A stretch of DNA of 63,701 nt, counting the filler, from Phoronis australis (taxonomy: Eukaryota > Animalia > Phoronida): NCBI GenBank assembly GCA_002633005.1. It is 8 parts of 8 records of this genome, joined end to end, with 100 filler letters (N's around TTAATTAATTAA, not from the genome) between each part and the next. Parts side by side here need not be neighbours in the genome. Positions count along the whole stretch, not along the records: positions 38,861 to 57,088 come from NMRA01000941.1; positions 57,189 to 61,110 come from NMRA01002772.1; positions 61,211 to 63,701 come from NMRA01003650.1; 5 more parts are not named here. The stretch is one strand, 5' to 3'. The notes below the pieces were generated by a model that was given only the letters and a program-made list of their open reading frames with translations, did no database searches and was not told the origin of the DNA. Position 1 is the stretch's first letter, and each line of letters begins with the position of its first letter. The translations under genes were made by a program, and so were the position numbers. This document shows, one piece after another, positions 53,001-63,701 of this stretch.

Positions 53001-54650
53001 CATTACGAAAATTAATGGTTGTGTTGTGGATGCGAAAACCCCAGCTGACATTGATTTTTAGACGTTCTCTAATATGCTGGTACCCATTAGGGGCAATTTT
53101 GCTTCTTCGCGAAATTTGGCAGGTGGGCTCCTGTAGAGATGGCAACTGACGACGATGAGTTTCAGACCAATCGGACTATAGCTGTGCCCCCTAGTGTCAT
53201 TTACGTCTATATCTGAGGAGTTCCTTGGCTTTTTTTCGTGGAAATCGTCAGTTGTGTATTACAGAGACAGTGCCACCTTCTCAATTCAGACAAGGTGGAC
53301 GTATTCTGCACCATCAGATGGCCATTTCTATGGTGCTTAAAGCAACCATAGAAGCACACTGTTTGCGGTGCTGTAGTGGGCACATTTCAACGGTCCGCAT
53401 TGCTCTTGTTGCATTTTAGTGCAATTTGTACTGTAAGACAAAACCAGCTGTGAAATTCTTGTACTGACTTGTGGTGAAACAAATCTCAAATGTTACATTT
53501 TTAATTTTTTATTTATACATTCTTTTGTAGGAAAATCCACTTTACTGTCCTGACATCTGTCATGCCTTCCAGTGTGACCTTACCAAGGATGACCTCACTG
53601 AACATGTGTTTCCACCTGGTGCCAATATTGTGTCGTTAATATTTGTTTTGTCATCTATCCATCCTGACAAAATGGTTCATTCATTGAAAAATATTTATAA
53701 TGTAAGTCTTCATTGCGTGTAACAATAGGGCCATCCCAAATTACTCGGCGATAGTCCTTTCCTTTGTCCAGGATATAATTAGCGCATGACCTAGTTTTGG
53801 AAATCTGGCACATTTTTGTGTATCTCGCTGTCAGGAAAGCAAAGAATTTCACAGGACGCATCCAATGGTATTTGTCCAGTTTATCAGAGTTTCTCTCGTC
53901 GGGAGTTGCAGCCCACAGCATAGCAGTAATACTTTGTGGCATTGGAATGTGCGTGACGGATGTTTATGGCATTGTGGGTAAATACAGTGAGATTCGTGTG
54001 TCGCTGTGTAATCTGGGTCGGCTCTAGTGGGACATTTTCTCAAAATTTCTGTGCACATCATCACATTATCTGAAATAAATATTTTTGTGAACTACCTCGT
54101 CAAAAGGTGATCTCAAGATTCTAATAATTAGAAGCATAAACAATAGAGGGCCTCAAATGTTTTCTGGCTGACAGGCTTTGCATCTCTACAAGTCTTAAAT
54201 TGATTCTTTTCCAATACACAATGTGCATTTGTTCTAAATTCCCTCTAAAAGAATTGATGAAGCCAACCTTGACTTGGAATTTTGCATTGGTGTATTTTCA
54301 TTACACTGTTATGAAATGATTCATTTCCCTGTTATTTCAATAGTTAAAGCTCACTACTCTTGTATACTAATGTTAAGTATTTTTAATTGTTTCTTAAATA
54401 TTTCGGGTCATGTCCATTGGCCGTGTCTGCCAAGAATCTGTAAGTTAATGCTACCTTCATTGCTTCCAATCATTTCAAGCGTTACTTTTATTTTATATTT
54501 ATTTACAGGTGTTGAAAGATGATGGTTGTGTTATATTCAGAGACTATGGATTGTATGATCAAGCTATGCTCAGATTTGGCCCAGGTAACAAGCTGAAAGA
54601 TAATCTATATGTACGGCAAGACAACACAAGAGCATATTATTTTTCTGAAG
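41014..54650 (+). CDS. METTL6: tRNA N3-methylcytidine methyltransferase; exons 41014-41316, 46789-46920, 53531-53701, 54509-54650; last exon not found
   Basis: Phase-consistent GT-AG exons encoding [38 protein letters not shown] (SAM motif I), [59 protein letters not shown]. Confidence 0.96.
42714..45298 (-). mobile_element. P-superfamily (Galileo-like) internally deleted transposon in a METTL6 intron
   Basis: 28-bp TIRs CAAGGAGTGTAGTAGTATAGGAGAGTTC / GAACTCTTCTATACTACTGCACTCCTTG; perfect 7-bp TSD GTATCAC (42707-42713, 45299-45305); contains a THAP remnant. Confidence 0.88.
44270..45189 (-). pseudogene. Spliced THAP zinc-finger transposase N-terminus, degenerate
   Basis: Exon 45092-45189 [32 protein letters not shown](R) with a GTAAG donor; second exon from 44432 CKRW...CSQHF...[12 protein letters not shown] with stops and frameshifts. 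Confidence 0.88.
47050..53415 (+). mobile_element. Second array of the same DINE-1/Helentron-like family, split by a younger element
   Basis: Hairpin heads TTATGCACCC..GGGTGCATA (47052) and TTATGCGCCCAC (47387); same core modules; ends GGGC.CATTTCAACG at ~48420 and ~53390. Confidence 0.7.
48721..52346 (+). mobile_element. Young Helentron-type (HINE) element as a head-to-tail dimer (period ~1.82 kb) with ~300-bp internal repeats
   Basis: 5' ACTTGGC / 3' GCCAAGT subterminal inverted repeat followed by the CGCTC-CTCC-GAGCG hairpin at ~50548 and ~52327; inserted in a T-run. Confidence 0.75.
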
Positions 54651-56506
54651 GTGAGACAAGTTTAATGTAAGGTCTAAGTCTGATTAACAATAAAGGTGTT
54701 TCCTACTTCTCTGTTCTCGGTCTTACTAGTGTTTGCATTCAAGGGATTGAATGTGAACCTGGATGTAATGCGAAAGCTATTTCTGGAGCAGTGTTCATAT
54801 GAAGACTAACTTTGATGGCTTGCACAGGTACATTTCCAGTGCCTTGTCGTTGCTTCTGGGTTAAACTAGCCTTTTCCAAGATGCATTGAAACTTTAGAAG
54901 CAATAACAGGTAATGCTGACTCTTCAGAGTCATGAACCTGTGGTTCAAATAGTCTGAATTGTATTTGCATTGAGAAAGGGTGTTGACAAAAGTTTTGTTT
55001 TCACCTCGATGTCTTGGAAACACATTTTTCATTGACATTTGTTTTTTTACCTTATTTATGCAAAATATAAATTTATATTTTAGAATGTGATTTGGAGGTG
55101 TAAGGGCCATAATTAAAACTGTGTTGTGGGGGACTGGCAATAAATATTGGCTGTTAACTGCAGTTTGCCTGTGGACGGTAGTTCGGATACCCCTTCAGTT
55201 TGCTTGTAATTGGTGACATCTCGCAATGATTTGCATGACATTGCTTTTCTTGCATTGAGAAATTTATTCTGTGGAACACAGTCCGTACCTCCATTTGAGA
55301 TTGTAGTCGTATCCACTTGCATTATGCCGTAAAGAAAATTGTTCATGACTAAAGTTACCTTCTTTTGAACAATCCATCGATTGTATTTGTAATGTACTAA
55401 AATTATTTCTTGTTCTGTTTCCTTTCTCCATGTTCGTTATCATTATGTGTAGAGCCTAACAAATTCTGTGTCCATGAAAGAATCTCAAATTAACCAGACT
55501 TAGCAACATGAATGGTGCTTCTATTTGACTTGTCTAAACAAAAGGTATTAAATGTGTGGATTTTTAGTGAACGATGATGCTGATAACGTTTCTTATATTT
55601 TCTTTTAAATCTTGCAAGTGGGTTTGTCTTTTAACTCGCTGCTCAGGCTAGACACTTGTAAACACAGTTAATTAAACGTGTATTGGCCAGTGAGATGTAC
55701 ATACATGTAAATCCTAACAGAGTAGTGCAATGGATTCTCAGGTTGGCATCTTGTGGGGTGCTGTGGCAATGTAAATACAGATTACAATTGGACAAGTCTG
55801 GAGCAAGCATTACAAACAAGTTTCATTGTAATGTGGTTTGACAACACTTGTCTTACATGAAATATGCTGTTAGTGTCTGCATAGACTATAGCACATGGAG
55901 TGCCAACTCCATATATTTTCAATGGACGAAATCTGTGATGTTACACACAAGCCCTGACATTATTCACCAGCGACACCTGGCAAAATTAGCAAGTTTTACT
56001 TCCGGCAAGTATGTCGTATGCTAATCATGGTTGTGTGGTCAGGTAGTAGCATTGCCAAAAGTACTCATGACACCAACAGTTCTAATATTGGAAGACTTTG
56101 AATAGTGTTTCAATGACGATTTTTTTTTTCTCGTTACACTGGACAGTAAAAAAGATGCGATAATTTCCTGTCCCAATACACTAACCGGAAACTGAAATTG
56201 GTAATTGAGGAGAGTGGTGCCTCCTATAAGATACTATGCATGAACATGTCGGGAGTTGCAAATCTATTGTTGATAATCTATGGTGTACTTTAAAAGTTGA
56301 CAATGTCCATAGTAATTCATGTGACTTGGTTGAAATTGTTGGGAAAATCCAAAACCAAACCAGTTAAAATGATAAATTGCAATTATCACACGAAAATTAG
56401 CAGGAAAATTTGACTTCAAAATTTCATCAATTTTGGACAAGAAATTTCATAATCTTAGAATACTATGGGTGAAAACAGTGACACCTTGGTGTTAGTACCA
56501 TGAATT

Positions 56507-57088
56507 GTTAACATTGTGGTCACTCTGCTGATGGTGATATTTGCCTTTATCACAGCTATACCTTTTGTCTTTATTTATGTTAACGTTGTGGTCACTCTGC
56601 TGATGGTGATATTTGGCTTTATCACAGCTATACCTTTTGTCTTTATTTATGTTAACGTTGTGGTCACTCTGCTGATGGTGATATTTGGCTTTATCACAGC
56701 TATACCTTTTGTCTTTATTTATGTTAACGTTGTGGTCACTCTGCTGATGGTGATATTTGGCTTTATCACAGCTATACCTTTTGTCTTTATTTATGTTAAC
56801 GTTGTGGTCACTCTGCTGATGGTGATATTTGGCTTTATCACAGCTATACCTTTTGTCTTTATTTATGTTAACGTTGTGGTCACTCTGCTGATGGTGATAT
56901 TTGGCTTTATCACAGCTATACCTTTTGTCTTTATTTATGTTAACGTTGTGGTCACTCTGCTGATGGTGATATTTGGCTTTATCACAGCTATACCTTTTGT
57001 CTTTATTTATGTTAACGTTGTGGTCACTCTGCTGATGGTGATATTTGGCTTTATCACAGCTATACCTTTTGTCTTTATTTATGTTAAC
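56507..57088. repeat. 72-bp minisatellite, 8 near-perfect copies running into the gap
   Basis: Unit GTTAACGTTGTGGTCACTCTG...TTTATTTAT starts at 56507, 56579, ... 57011, with a partial copy at 57083. Confidence 0.98.
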
Positions 57089-57188
57089 NNNNNNNNNNNN
57101 NNNNNNNNNNNNNNNNNNNNNNNNNNNNNNNNTTAATTAATTAANNNNNNNNNNNNNNNNNNNNNNNNNNNNNNNNNNNNNNNNNNNN
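57089..57188. other. Assembly gap with six-frame stop spacer
   Basis: N44-TTAATTAATTAA-N44. Confidence 0.99.
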
Positions 57189-57858
57189 TGACCACGAAGA
57201 CGTGCAATTCTTTCTTCTGCCATCGAAATGACAAACGTCAACAAACGTTTGCAACGATTGCAAAGTCCAGATCGCGAAGTCCAATCACAACATCCGGGAT
57301 TTTACTTTTTCACTTTCGTAGTTTTCAAAGTTGAAGAGCTCTTGTCATAGGCATAAAAATACTGGATTATAAAATGCATATTGCTTTCTTTAAAATTCTA
57401 TTTTTTTTGTAATTTACTATATTTGAGATTTATGATGTATTTGCTTGCATATACTTAAAAAATTCAAAAGTAATTATAAATGGAGCTGATCTTGTTTGCT
57501 CCCTGTGGCAGTGCCAATGGCGTAAATAGCAACTGGAGCTTCATTAGCTACTGTTGAATACTGGAAGCTTAGCTTTTGAGTTTGAAAGGAAACGTCAAAA
57601 TGATCAGGTAGCATGTTTCAAAACATACAGCCATATCTATGGTTCACTTTAATTGAATTGCATGTATCATTTCGTTTACTATGAACGAGAACGTTACTTG
57701 TCTTTCAAGAGGCAGAGACGACACGAGTGCTGTCAGTTGATCTGTCTCACACTAGTCTCACACACAGTCTCATCACTGCCTGATATTGCAGAGATGAGAT
57801 GGTGATGGATGATGAGTGACGAATTGAATGTTACAACACGGATCACTGACACTTAGTG

Positions 57859-57904
57859 ACTGTGTGTGAGAGTGTGTGTGTGTGTGCGTGTGTGTGTGTG
57901 TGTG
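57859..57904. repeat. (GT)n microsatellite
   Basis: Imperfect TG dinucleotide run. Confidence 0.9.
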
Positions 57905-58394
57905 ACTGTCAGTGACGTGATAAGTGCTGATGAAGTGGTGCATTCTATTCCCTGTGAGGCTGCCAACTTTAGTAATCAAATATCATTGAATGACTTGTCA
58001 TATTGGCCTTGCTCCCTCTCGTTCAAACACTTCTGGACAACAGGGCATCTTAATTGTTCAATTTTTTTTGTCTGGGGTTCTTCTCGATACCTTTGTTTTC
58101 ATCTACATACTGCAAGAGTCAGTCAGACAACCAGAACAATTGGCACACTGGAAAAGGATGAAAATACCTACCTGAGACTTTATCAATATTATGCTAGGTC
58201 ACAGCCTTTTTTTACGTTTAGGGTGTCCCTTTTGCTTGCACATATAATGGGCAAGTAATCAGTCTTTTCACGTATTTTCGTCCTGAGCAAGGTCACTTGA
58301 AAATTGTTAAATAGCCTAATTCACATTCTTTTGCTTTATGTGCTACTAGATATATGATGTTCATTGTAGATGAATAAATTTACAGGTAGTGAAT

Positions 58395-60925
58395 ATGGAG
58401 CAAAAATCAGAGAGGAAGCATGAAGCTATTGATTGGGGAGGCCATGTTTCCAAGGCTGAGGTCAAAGGTTGGTTCTTTTTAAGTGTTTACCTTTCTATGT
58501 TGAGTGCTTTGCCAGCTGATATATTTTCTATTTTGTTTGGATGACTTTTAAAAATTACTAGTAGTACTAGTATCATCTGGCTGAACCGTAGTAATTCATT
58601 GACAGAGCTTCTTATTTGTTCAACATGCTCACAATCTATCTACAACATGAATTGTCTCTGTGGCATTGATTGGAATTAAAGTCCCATGCAGTGCAAATCA
58701 GGTCATGTCGATGGCTGGGGATTTCAAGTTTGATATGACCAGTCAAACTGTAAAACTTTTCTGTGAACTCCTCTTTGTTAATCCGGTAAGATTAGACATG
58801 CAATTGTCATATTGAGAACCTTTAAAAAGGCTTCCAGCCAAAACAGTAACTAAAACAAGGATTTTTAAACATGGCACTGCATGTGGCTTTAATAGAATCA
58901 GTAACATGATGCATCATGTGCACTTGCAGGAGCTCATAAGTGGGACACTCCAAAAAGTGATGATCGTATGTTATCGTTAAATTAAGCGGTGTGCTATAAC
59001 ACCCCAACGCCCCCTGTATCCACTTTGAGTTATGGTTTTTAGATGCCCATTCACTGAATCCAAATCACTTAATTGTAGGTAAAAAACCAACAGCCAAGTA
59101 TGTGGCTGTGTCGGAAAAGATGCGCCACACAATTCCGGAGGACAAACAGTGTAAGATGTTCTGTGGGGGCACTAAGTGCAAGTACGAGTCAGCTGACGCA
59201 TGGACAGATGATGAGCAGGCTATTAAGGGTCTCTTCTCACACTGGTTAGTGTATATCATGCTATCTGTGCTAGCTCAATCATGCACTGTGTTGAAGCATG
59301 TGGTACCGCTAGATACGACACGTTGTTGAGACATGACTCATAAATACTCCATCTAGAGTTATAATAGTTTTTAAAGAGTTGATGATTTTCATCAAAATTC
59401 AACTGACTTCATTGTAGTTATGGCGCAAGTTAGAAAATTAGACCAATAATAAACGGATTTTTGCTTTAAAGTTTTGATGGTTTTTGACGAGAGGAAATGT
59501 CGTCAACCTTTTCCGAAACTGCAGTTACGACTAATTCAGCTGGAATTTATAAAAGACAGTTTGAGTTATTGCATTTTCAAGGTACACCCATTGGCTTTAG
59601 AGGCAAGCACTCCATGCTTTTAGGTCTGTACCAAGATTAGATTTTCAACCATTAAATTTACAGATTCCATATATTGATTAGCCACCATGAAATTTACAGG
59701 TTCCACGTATTGATTATAGCTATGCAACTGCTATCTTATCCACCCATGAGGCCACAACCAATTAAGGCTGATAGACTCTAATTTTGAACATTGAGGTATG
59801 TTATCTTGCCTACTAATAGAAACTAAACATAGAAAGATATCTTGAATTATTTATGTCATTCCTTTCATTTATCTTGTAGGGTTACAGACAATATTTTAGC
59901 AATGGCTCGACCCAATACAAAATCCATTGAAAAGCACAACATAATAGACCAGTTCAAAAGGTGAGTAACTCACTATACGTGAAGCTGTTTGATTAGTTTC
60001 ACATTTAAATTCACTTAAATTTTTAACAAATTCCGTAATTCTTCACCAATTTAGCTTACAATATGGCCGACAAGTAATTATTTCAAATTTCTCAACACCG
60101 TTAAAGTAGCTGTTAACCTTCGTTCTGTTAAAGAATTGAACGTTTCATTTAAACCATTTACTGCAGCTGTGAAATTGGACAAGTTCCTTACTGGGATGAG
60201 AAGTAATTTCTGGTGTTGCAAAGAGCTGAGGGTTCGTTATTTTGTTGAAAGCATGCGCAGAGCATAAAGTGACATGGCGTGACAAGTCAAATTTTTAAGC
60301 ATTGTTTCAAGCAATAACAAAATGTCTGCTTATGTGAATATCTGAAATCACTTCTAATTTGAGTATGGTAAGGTACGAGTGCAGGCTAACTTAATGACTT
60401 TACAAAGCCTGAATCAAAAATTGATTTTTAGAGGAAGTGGGATTTATAGCAGCTTTAAATTTGGAGAAAATTCAATACTTTGCAAAAGGAATGCTGTATG
60501 CACCCTGGCAAATATTTTGACTGTGTAACAATATGAGAACTGTGCTAAATGAATAAAGTCAAAAGTTATTGTGATGGAAGACAGGCTTATAACGTCTTTA
60601 CGTATGCATCAAAACATTTTTAAGTCTGGTCTGCACGTCATCTGTTGGCCACATCATGTGACCTAATGAATAGGTGGCGTGCAGACCAGACTTCAAAATG
60701 TTAATGATCTATATTTCCACTCAGGTTTGTAACAAAAATTGATGTCTCTTGACTTATGACCTTCCAAGAATTCTGTGTTTTAATTTCTTATTCGTTTTAT
60801 ACCTGCTAGTGCTGGAATTCGTTCCATTATCAATCTCCAAAGACCTGGGGAACATTCCTTTTGTGGTCAACCCCTCGAGAATAAAGAATTCTCCTACAAG
60901 CAGACAGACTTCATGAACAATGACA
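58395..60925 (+). CDS. PTPDC1: Protein tyrosine phosphatase domain-containing protein 1, 5' part; exons 58395-58467, 59079-59244, 59880-59960, 60810-60925
   Basis: Phase-consistent exons encoding KPTAKY...RHTIP...QCKMFCGGTKCKYE...EQAIKGLFSHWVTDNILAMARP...IIDQFKSAGIRSIINLQRPGEHSFCG. The first exon is less certain; the catalytic CX5R exon is not in the window. Confidence 0.93.
60613..60702 (+). repeat. 90-nt hairpin in a PTPDC1 intron
   Basis: AAGTCTGGTCTGCACG / CGTGCAGACCAGACTT perfect core; stem of ~34 bp in total. Confidence 0.85.
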
Positions 60926-61110
60926 GTAAGTGACTTGATCTGTTTCCATGAATGTCTAAATGGCATTATTACAGTTGTTTATTAGTTAAAGCGTCTATAA
61001 ACCATCTAAATAGTTAACTTGATTCATACCACTTACTGCAAGGTTTATTATGCCATGCATTTATGCTCCGCCCATAATGTGATGTCATTTGTGGAGCCTG
61101 GTCTCAACCA

Positions 61111-61210
61111 NNNNNNNNNNNNNNNNNNNNNNNNNNNNNNNNNNNNNNNNNNNNTTAATTAATTAANNNNNNNNNNNNNNNNNNNNNNNNNNNNNNNNNN
61201 NNNNNNNNNN
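61111..61210. other. Assembly gap with six-frame stop spacer
   Basis: N44-TTAATTAATTAA-N44. Confidence 0.99.
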
Positions 61211-61931
61211 ACTGTTCTGACCTCAGTCTTCTAGAAAGTTCCACACTATTTTGTAGTAAACAAATTACATCATCACTGTACTTAACCCAGGGGTCATGCC
61301 AATCAAACAGAATAACAAAACAAAACAAAACAATACAACTAATAATACTGTCAGACTATATTCTGACAGTGAGGAACTTTCTAGAAGACTGTAGCATGAC
61401 AATGATTAATGCAGTTCGGAATATTCTAGAGACTAGTACATGTTTGTAGAATGGTCGGGTAGATTCAGGAAAGTTCTAGAATGTGCTTGAAATTTTGAAA
61501 AGTTCCAGAACAATGTATTAGGATATAAATACTCAAGTGTTAGTAAGATCAAATCGGGAGATCAAGTGAGATCGAGCCAGTTCAAGAAAGTTAAGCAGGA
61601 GAACTACAGTTGAGTTGCAGTGAAGAGAATCAGCAGTTACATCGATAGTCAATAGAAAGCCATCTATACAGACAGCAGGTTATTGAATCGACGAGTGTAA
61701 CAGTTGCTGGACGTGTCTCAGAAGTTCATCACAAGTCAAGGCTTCGCAGCACTGGCTGGAGCATAAACAGACATTACGTCGGACGTTTTGTATTGAGTAG
61801 GCTTGTGAACGTACGGTCGGGATTAATAAAGGATTAACTCGAACCAATCTTCAGTCAATCTTCGCACCAAAAGCTATTAGCACCGGTCTGTAACAACCTG
61901 CGCCCACCCAGACACGGAGAAAAACGTGACA
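61211..61931 (+). mobile_element. Probable solo LTR with heat-shock-element cluster
   Basis: HSE motifs at 61229-61510, TATAAATA at 61524, AATAAA at 61825, end ...GTGACA at 61931. 5' end and TSD not resolved. Confidence 0.6.
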
Positions 61932-62397
61932 CAAAGCAATTAAGAAAAAGTCAAAATGCTGGAGTAGCTGAAGAAGTGTGTACTGTTAAGGGAAGGACAT
62001 GGCGTTGAAACGTTGTTCAGTTGCCTGTTAGTCGATGGACAGCAATTTAACATTAACATAGCTGATATCTTTCAGTATGACTTATCGTGTCCACTACCTA
62101 TAGCCCAGATAAGCAAATACGGCAGTCGAAGGAAGGGTGACACTGCAATTTTGGTCAAATCTCTTCGATCGCATTATGTCCCAAGAAATTCTGCTCCGAA
62201 GGTGGTGTTGGTTGGAGATTTAGGTAAAGCCCCGGCACTCTACTAGCCTCCTATCCTCTCGCTTGTGAAACAACTATTCGATATGCGGAAAAATATGACC
62301 ACAAAGGACCATGAGAAGATAACATGAGGAAAAGTTGAGGAATTCATGCTAACCCCTGTTCCTGAACGTCCCTTTGCCGCTAAACTATTCTACATTA

Positions 62398-62946
62398 CGG
62401 TGGCTGTAAAAGGACGGCACGGCACTTACTACTAACTCTATCGATAGAGACAGTAAGTCTATCGATAGAGTTAGTAAGTCTATCGATAGAGTTAGTAAGT
62501 CTATCGATAGAGATAGTAAGTCTATCGATAGAGTTAGTAAGTCTAACGATAGAGATAGTAAGTCTATCGATAGAGATAGTAAGTCTATCGATAGAGACAG
62601 TAAGTCTATCTATAGAGTTAGTAAGTCTATCGATAGAGTTAGTAAGTCTATCGATAGAGTTAGTAAGTCTATCGATAGAGATAGTAAGTTAGTAAGTCTA
62701 TCGATTGAGTTAGTAAGTCTTTCGATAGAGATAGTAAGTCTATCGATAGAGTTAGTAAGTCTATCGATATAGTTAGTAAGTCTATCGATAGAGTTAGTAA
62801 GTCTATCGACAGAGTTAGTAAGTCTATCGATATTGTTAGTAAGTCTATTGATTGAGTTAGTAAGTCTTTCGATAGAGATAGTAAGTCTATCGATAGAGTT
62901 AACAACGGAGAAAAAAAGTTGTCCTGTCGTCCTTTTACAGCCATCG
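62398..62946. mobile_element. TA-flanked MITE filled with a 21-bp tandem repeat
   Basis: TIRs CGGTGGCTGTAAAAGGACG / CGTCCTTTTACAGCCATCG with TA on both sides; internal array of (GTTAGTAAGTCTATCGATAGA)n. Confidence 0.9.
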
Positions 62947-63701
62947 TAAAAATCAGTAGACTGCATGCAATCTCTACTGTAGCAATTTGTTTTGATAACT
63001 TGGTTACCTCGTATGATTTGAGGAGGCTGTTGTTGGTGCGCTCAAATATGGCAGCCCAGCAAAGGATTGCAATACACGGTTGGTTTCCAGTATGTTTCAA
63101 TTTTCATGGCGTCATTAATTTTTGAGCTGACGTTAATGTTATGCGGCAACAGTTTACACTAAAACGCGATCAGTAGCCGTCGAAATAATTGTTAACATTA
63201 AACTGTGCAATGATGAAATATGTCTACTCTGATTGATTGGTCACATTCACTAGCAGATGTCTTGTTAAAATATACAGCACCAATGGAGAACAAATAGTCG
63301 GCGATTTTCACATATTGATTGAAACTAGATTTACATTAATATTTACAGTTCAAACGTTTTATTTGGACTAAAAAACATCAATACATGCTCAGTTTCAAAT
63401 TACGTGATCAATGCGGACAACATGTACATAAAACTCGTGAAACGATCAGAAAGCGTTGGATGTCGAAGTGCTTGTGACAGTAGGTCATGTAAGCCGCACT
63501 TGGAGGAAACTGGGGTTGTGCCCCCACAATGATTTGCTATCGTCAAAGGCAAAACGTTTACAGCGACTAGGCGCTGGCGAAAGTGGTGGCGATCGGGGAG
63601 GCGTGCGAAAAGGGTTGTGATCGGGAGGCAAGAATCGGTCCAAACGGAAGTTGCATGCGCACCGTGCCTTGTAATTTCCACCTTCTTACTGGACTGACAT
63701 A

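Noticed and set aside
56516-57136. 206-aa multi-pass membrane protein ORF
   Set aside because: Frame-preserving 72-bp minisatellite running into Ns.
62610-63100. Heptad/coiled-coil-like ORFs (IDRLTNS)n; CRISPR-like appearance
   Set aside because: 21-bp tandem repeat without unique spacers, inside a MITE, in a eukaryotic context.
63400-63701. GC-rich 93-aa minus-strand ORF at the window end
   Set aside because: No recognisable homology; truncated context.

Overview
Intron-rich animal (probably marine invertebrate) genomic scaffold, AT-rich, with seven artificial 100-nt gaps (N44-TTAATTAATTAA-N44) and four single-N joins. Most ORFs in the supplied track are spurious; the real genes are spliced. 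I reconstructed them by reading GT/AG borders and phases: an F5/8 type C (discoidin) exon, MRPL9 (-) head-to-head with COMMD4 (+), an orphan exon of a Cys-containing protein, METTL6 (+) and the 5' part of PTPDC1 (+). The rest is mostly mobile DNA: a Sola3-like element with a decayed transposase and an empty-site copy nearby, a THAP-bearing P-superfamily element with a 7-bp TSD, DINE-1/Helentron-like (HINE) arrays dense in co-oriented CTCF-like motifs, several MITEs, minisatellites, and an LTR-like promoter with clustered heat-shock elements. I found no clear new multi-gene system. The strongest leads are the HSE-loaded LTR, the CTCF-motif arrays, a tandem-acceptor/uORF switch in MRPL9, and a 38-nt complemented-but-not-reversed segment (likely an assembly artifact). 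Family assignments come from motif recognition only; no searches were run.
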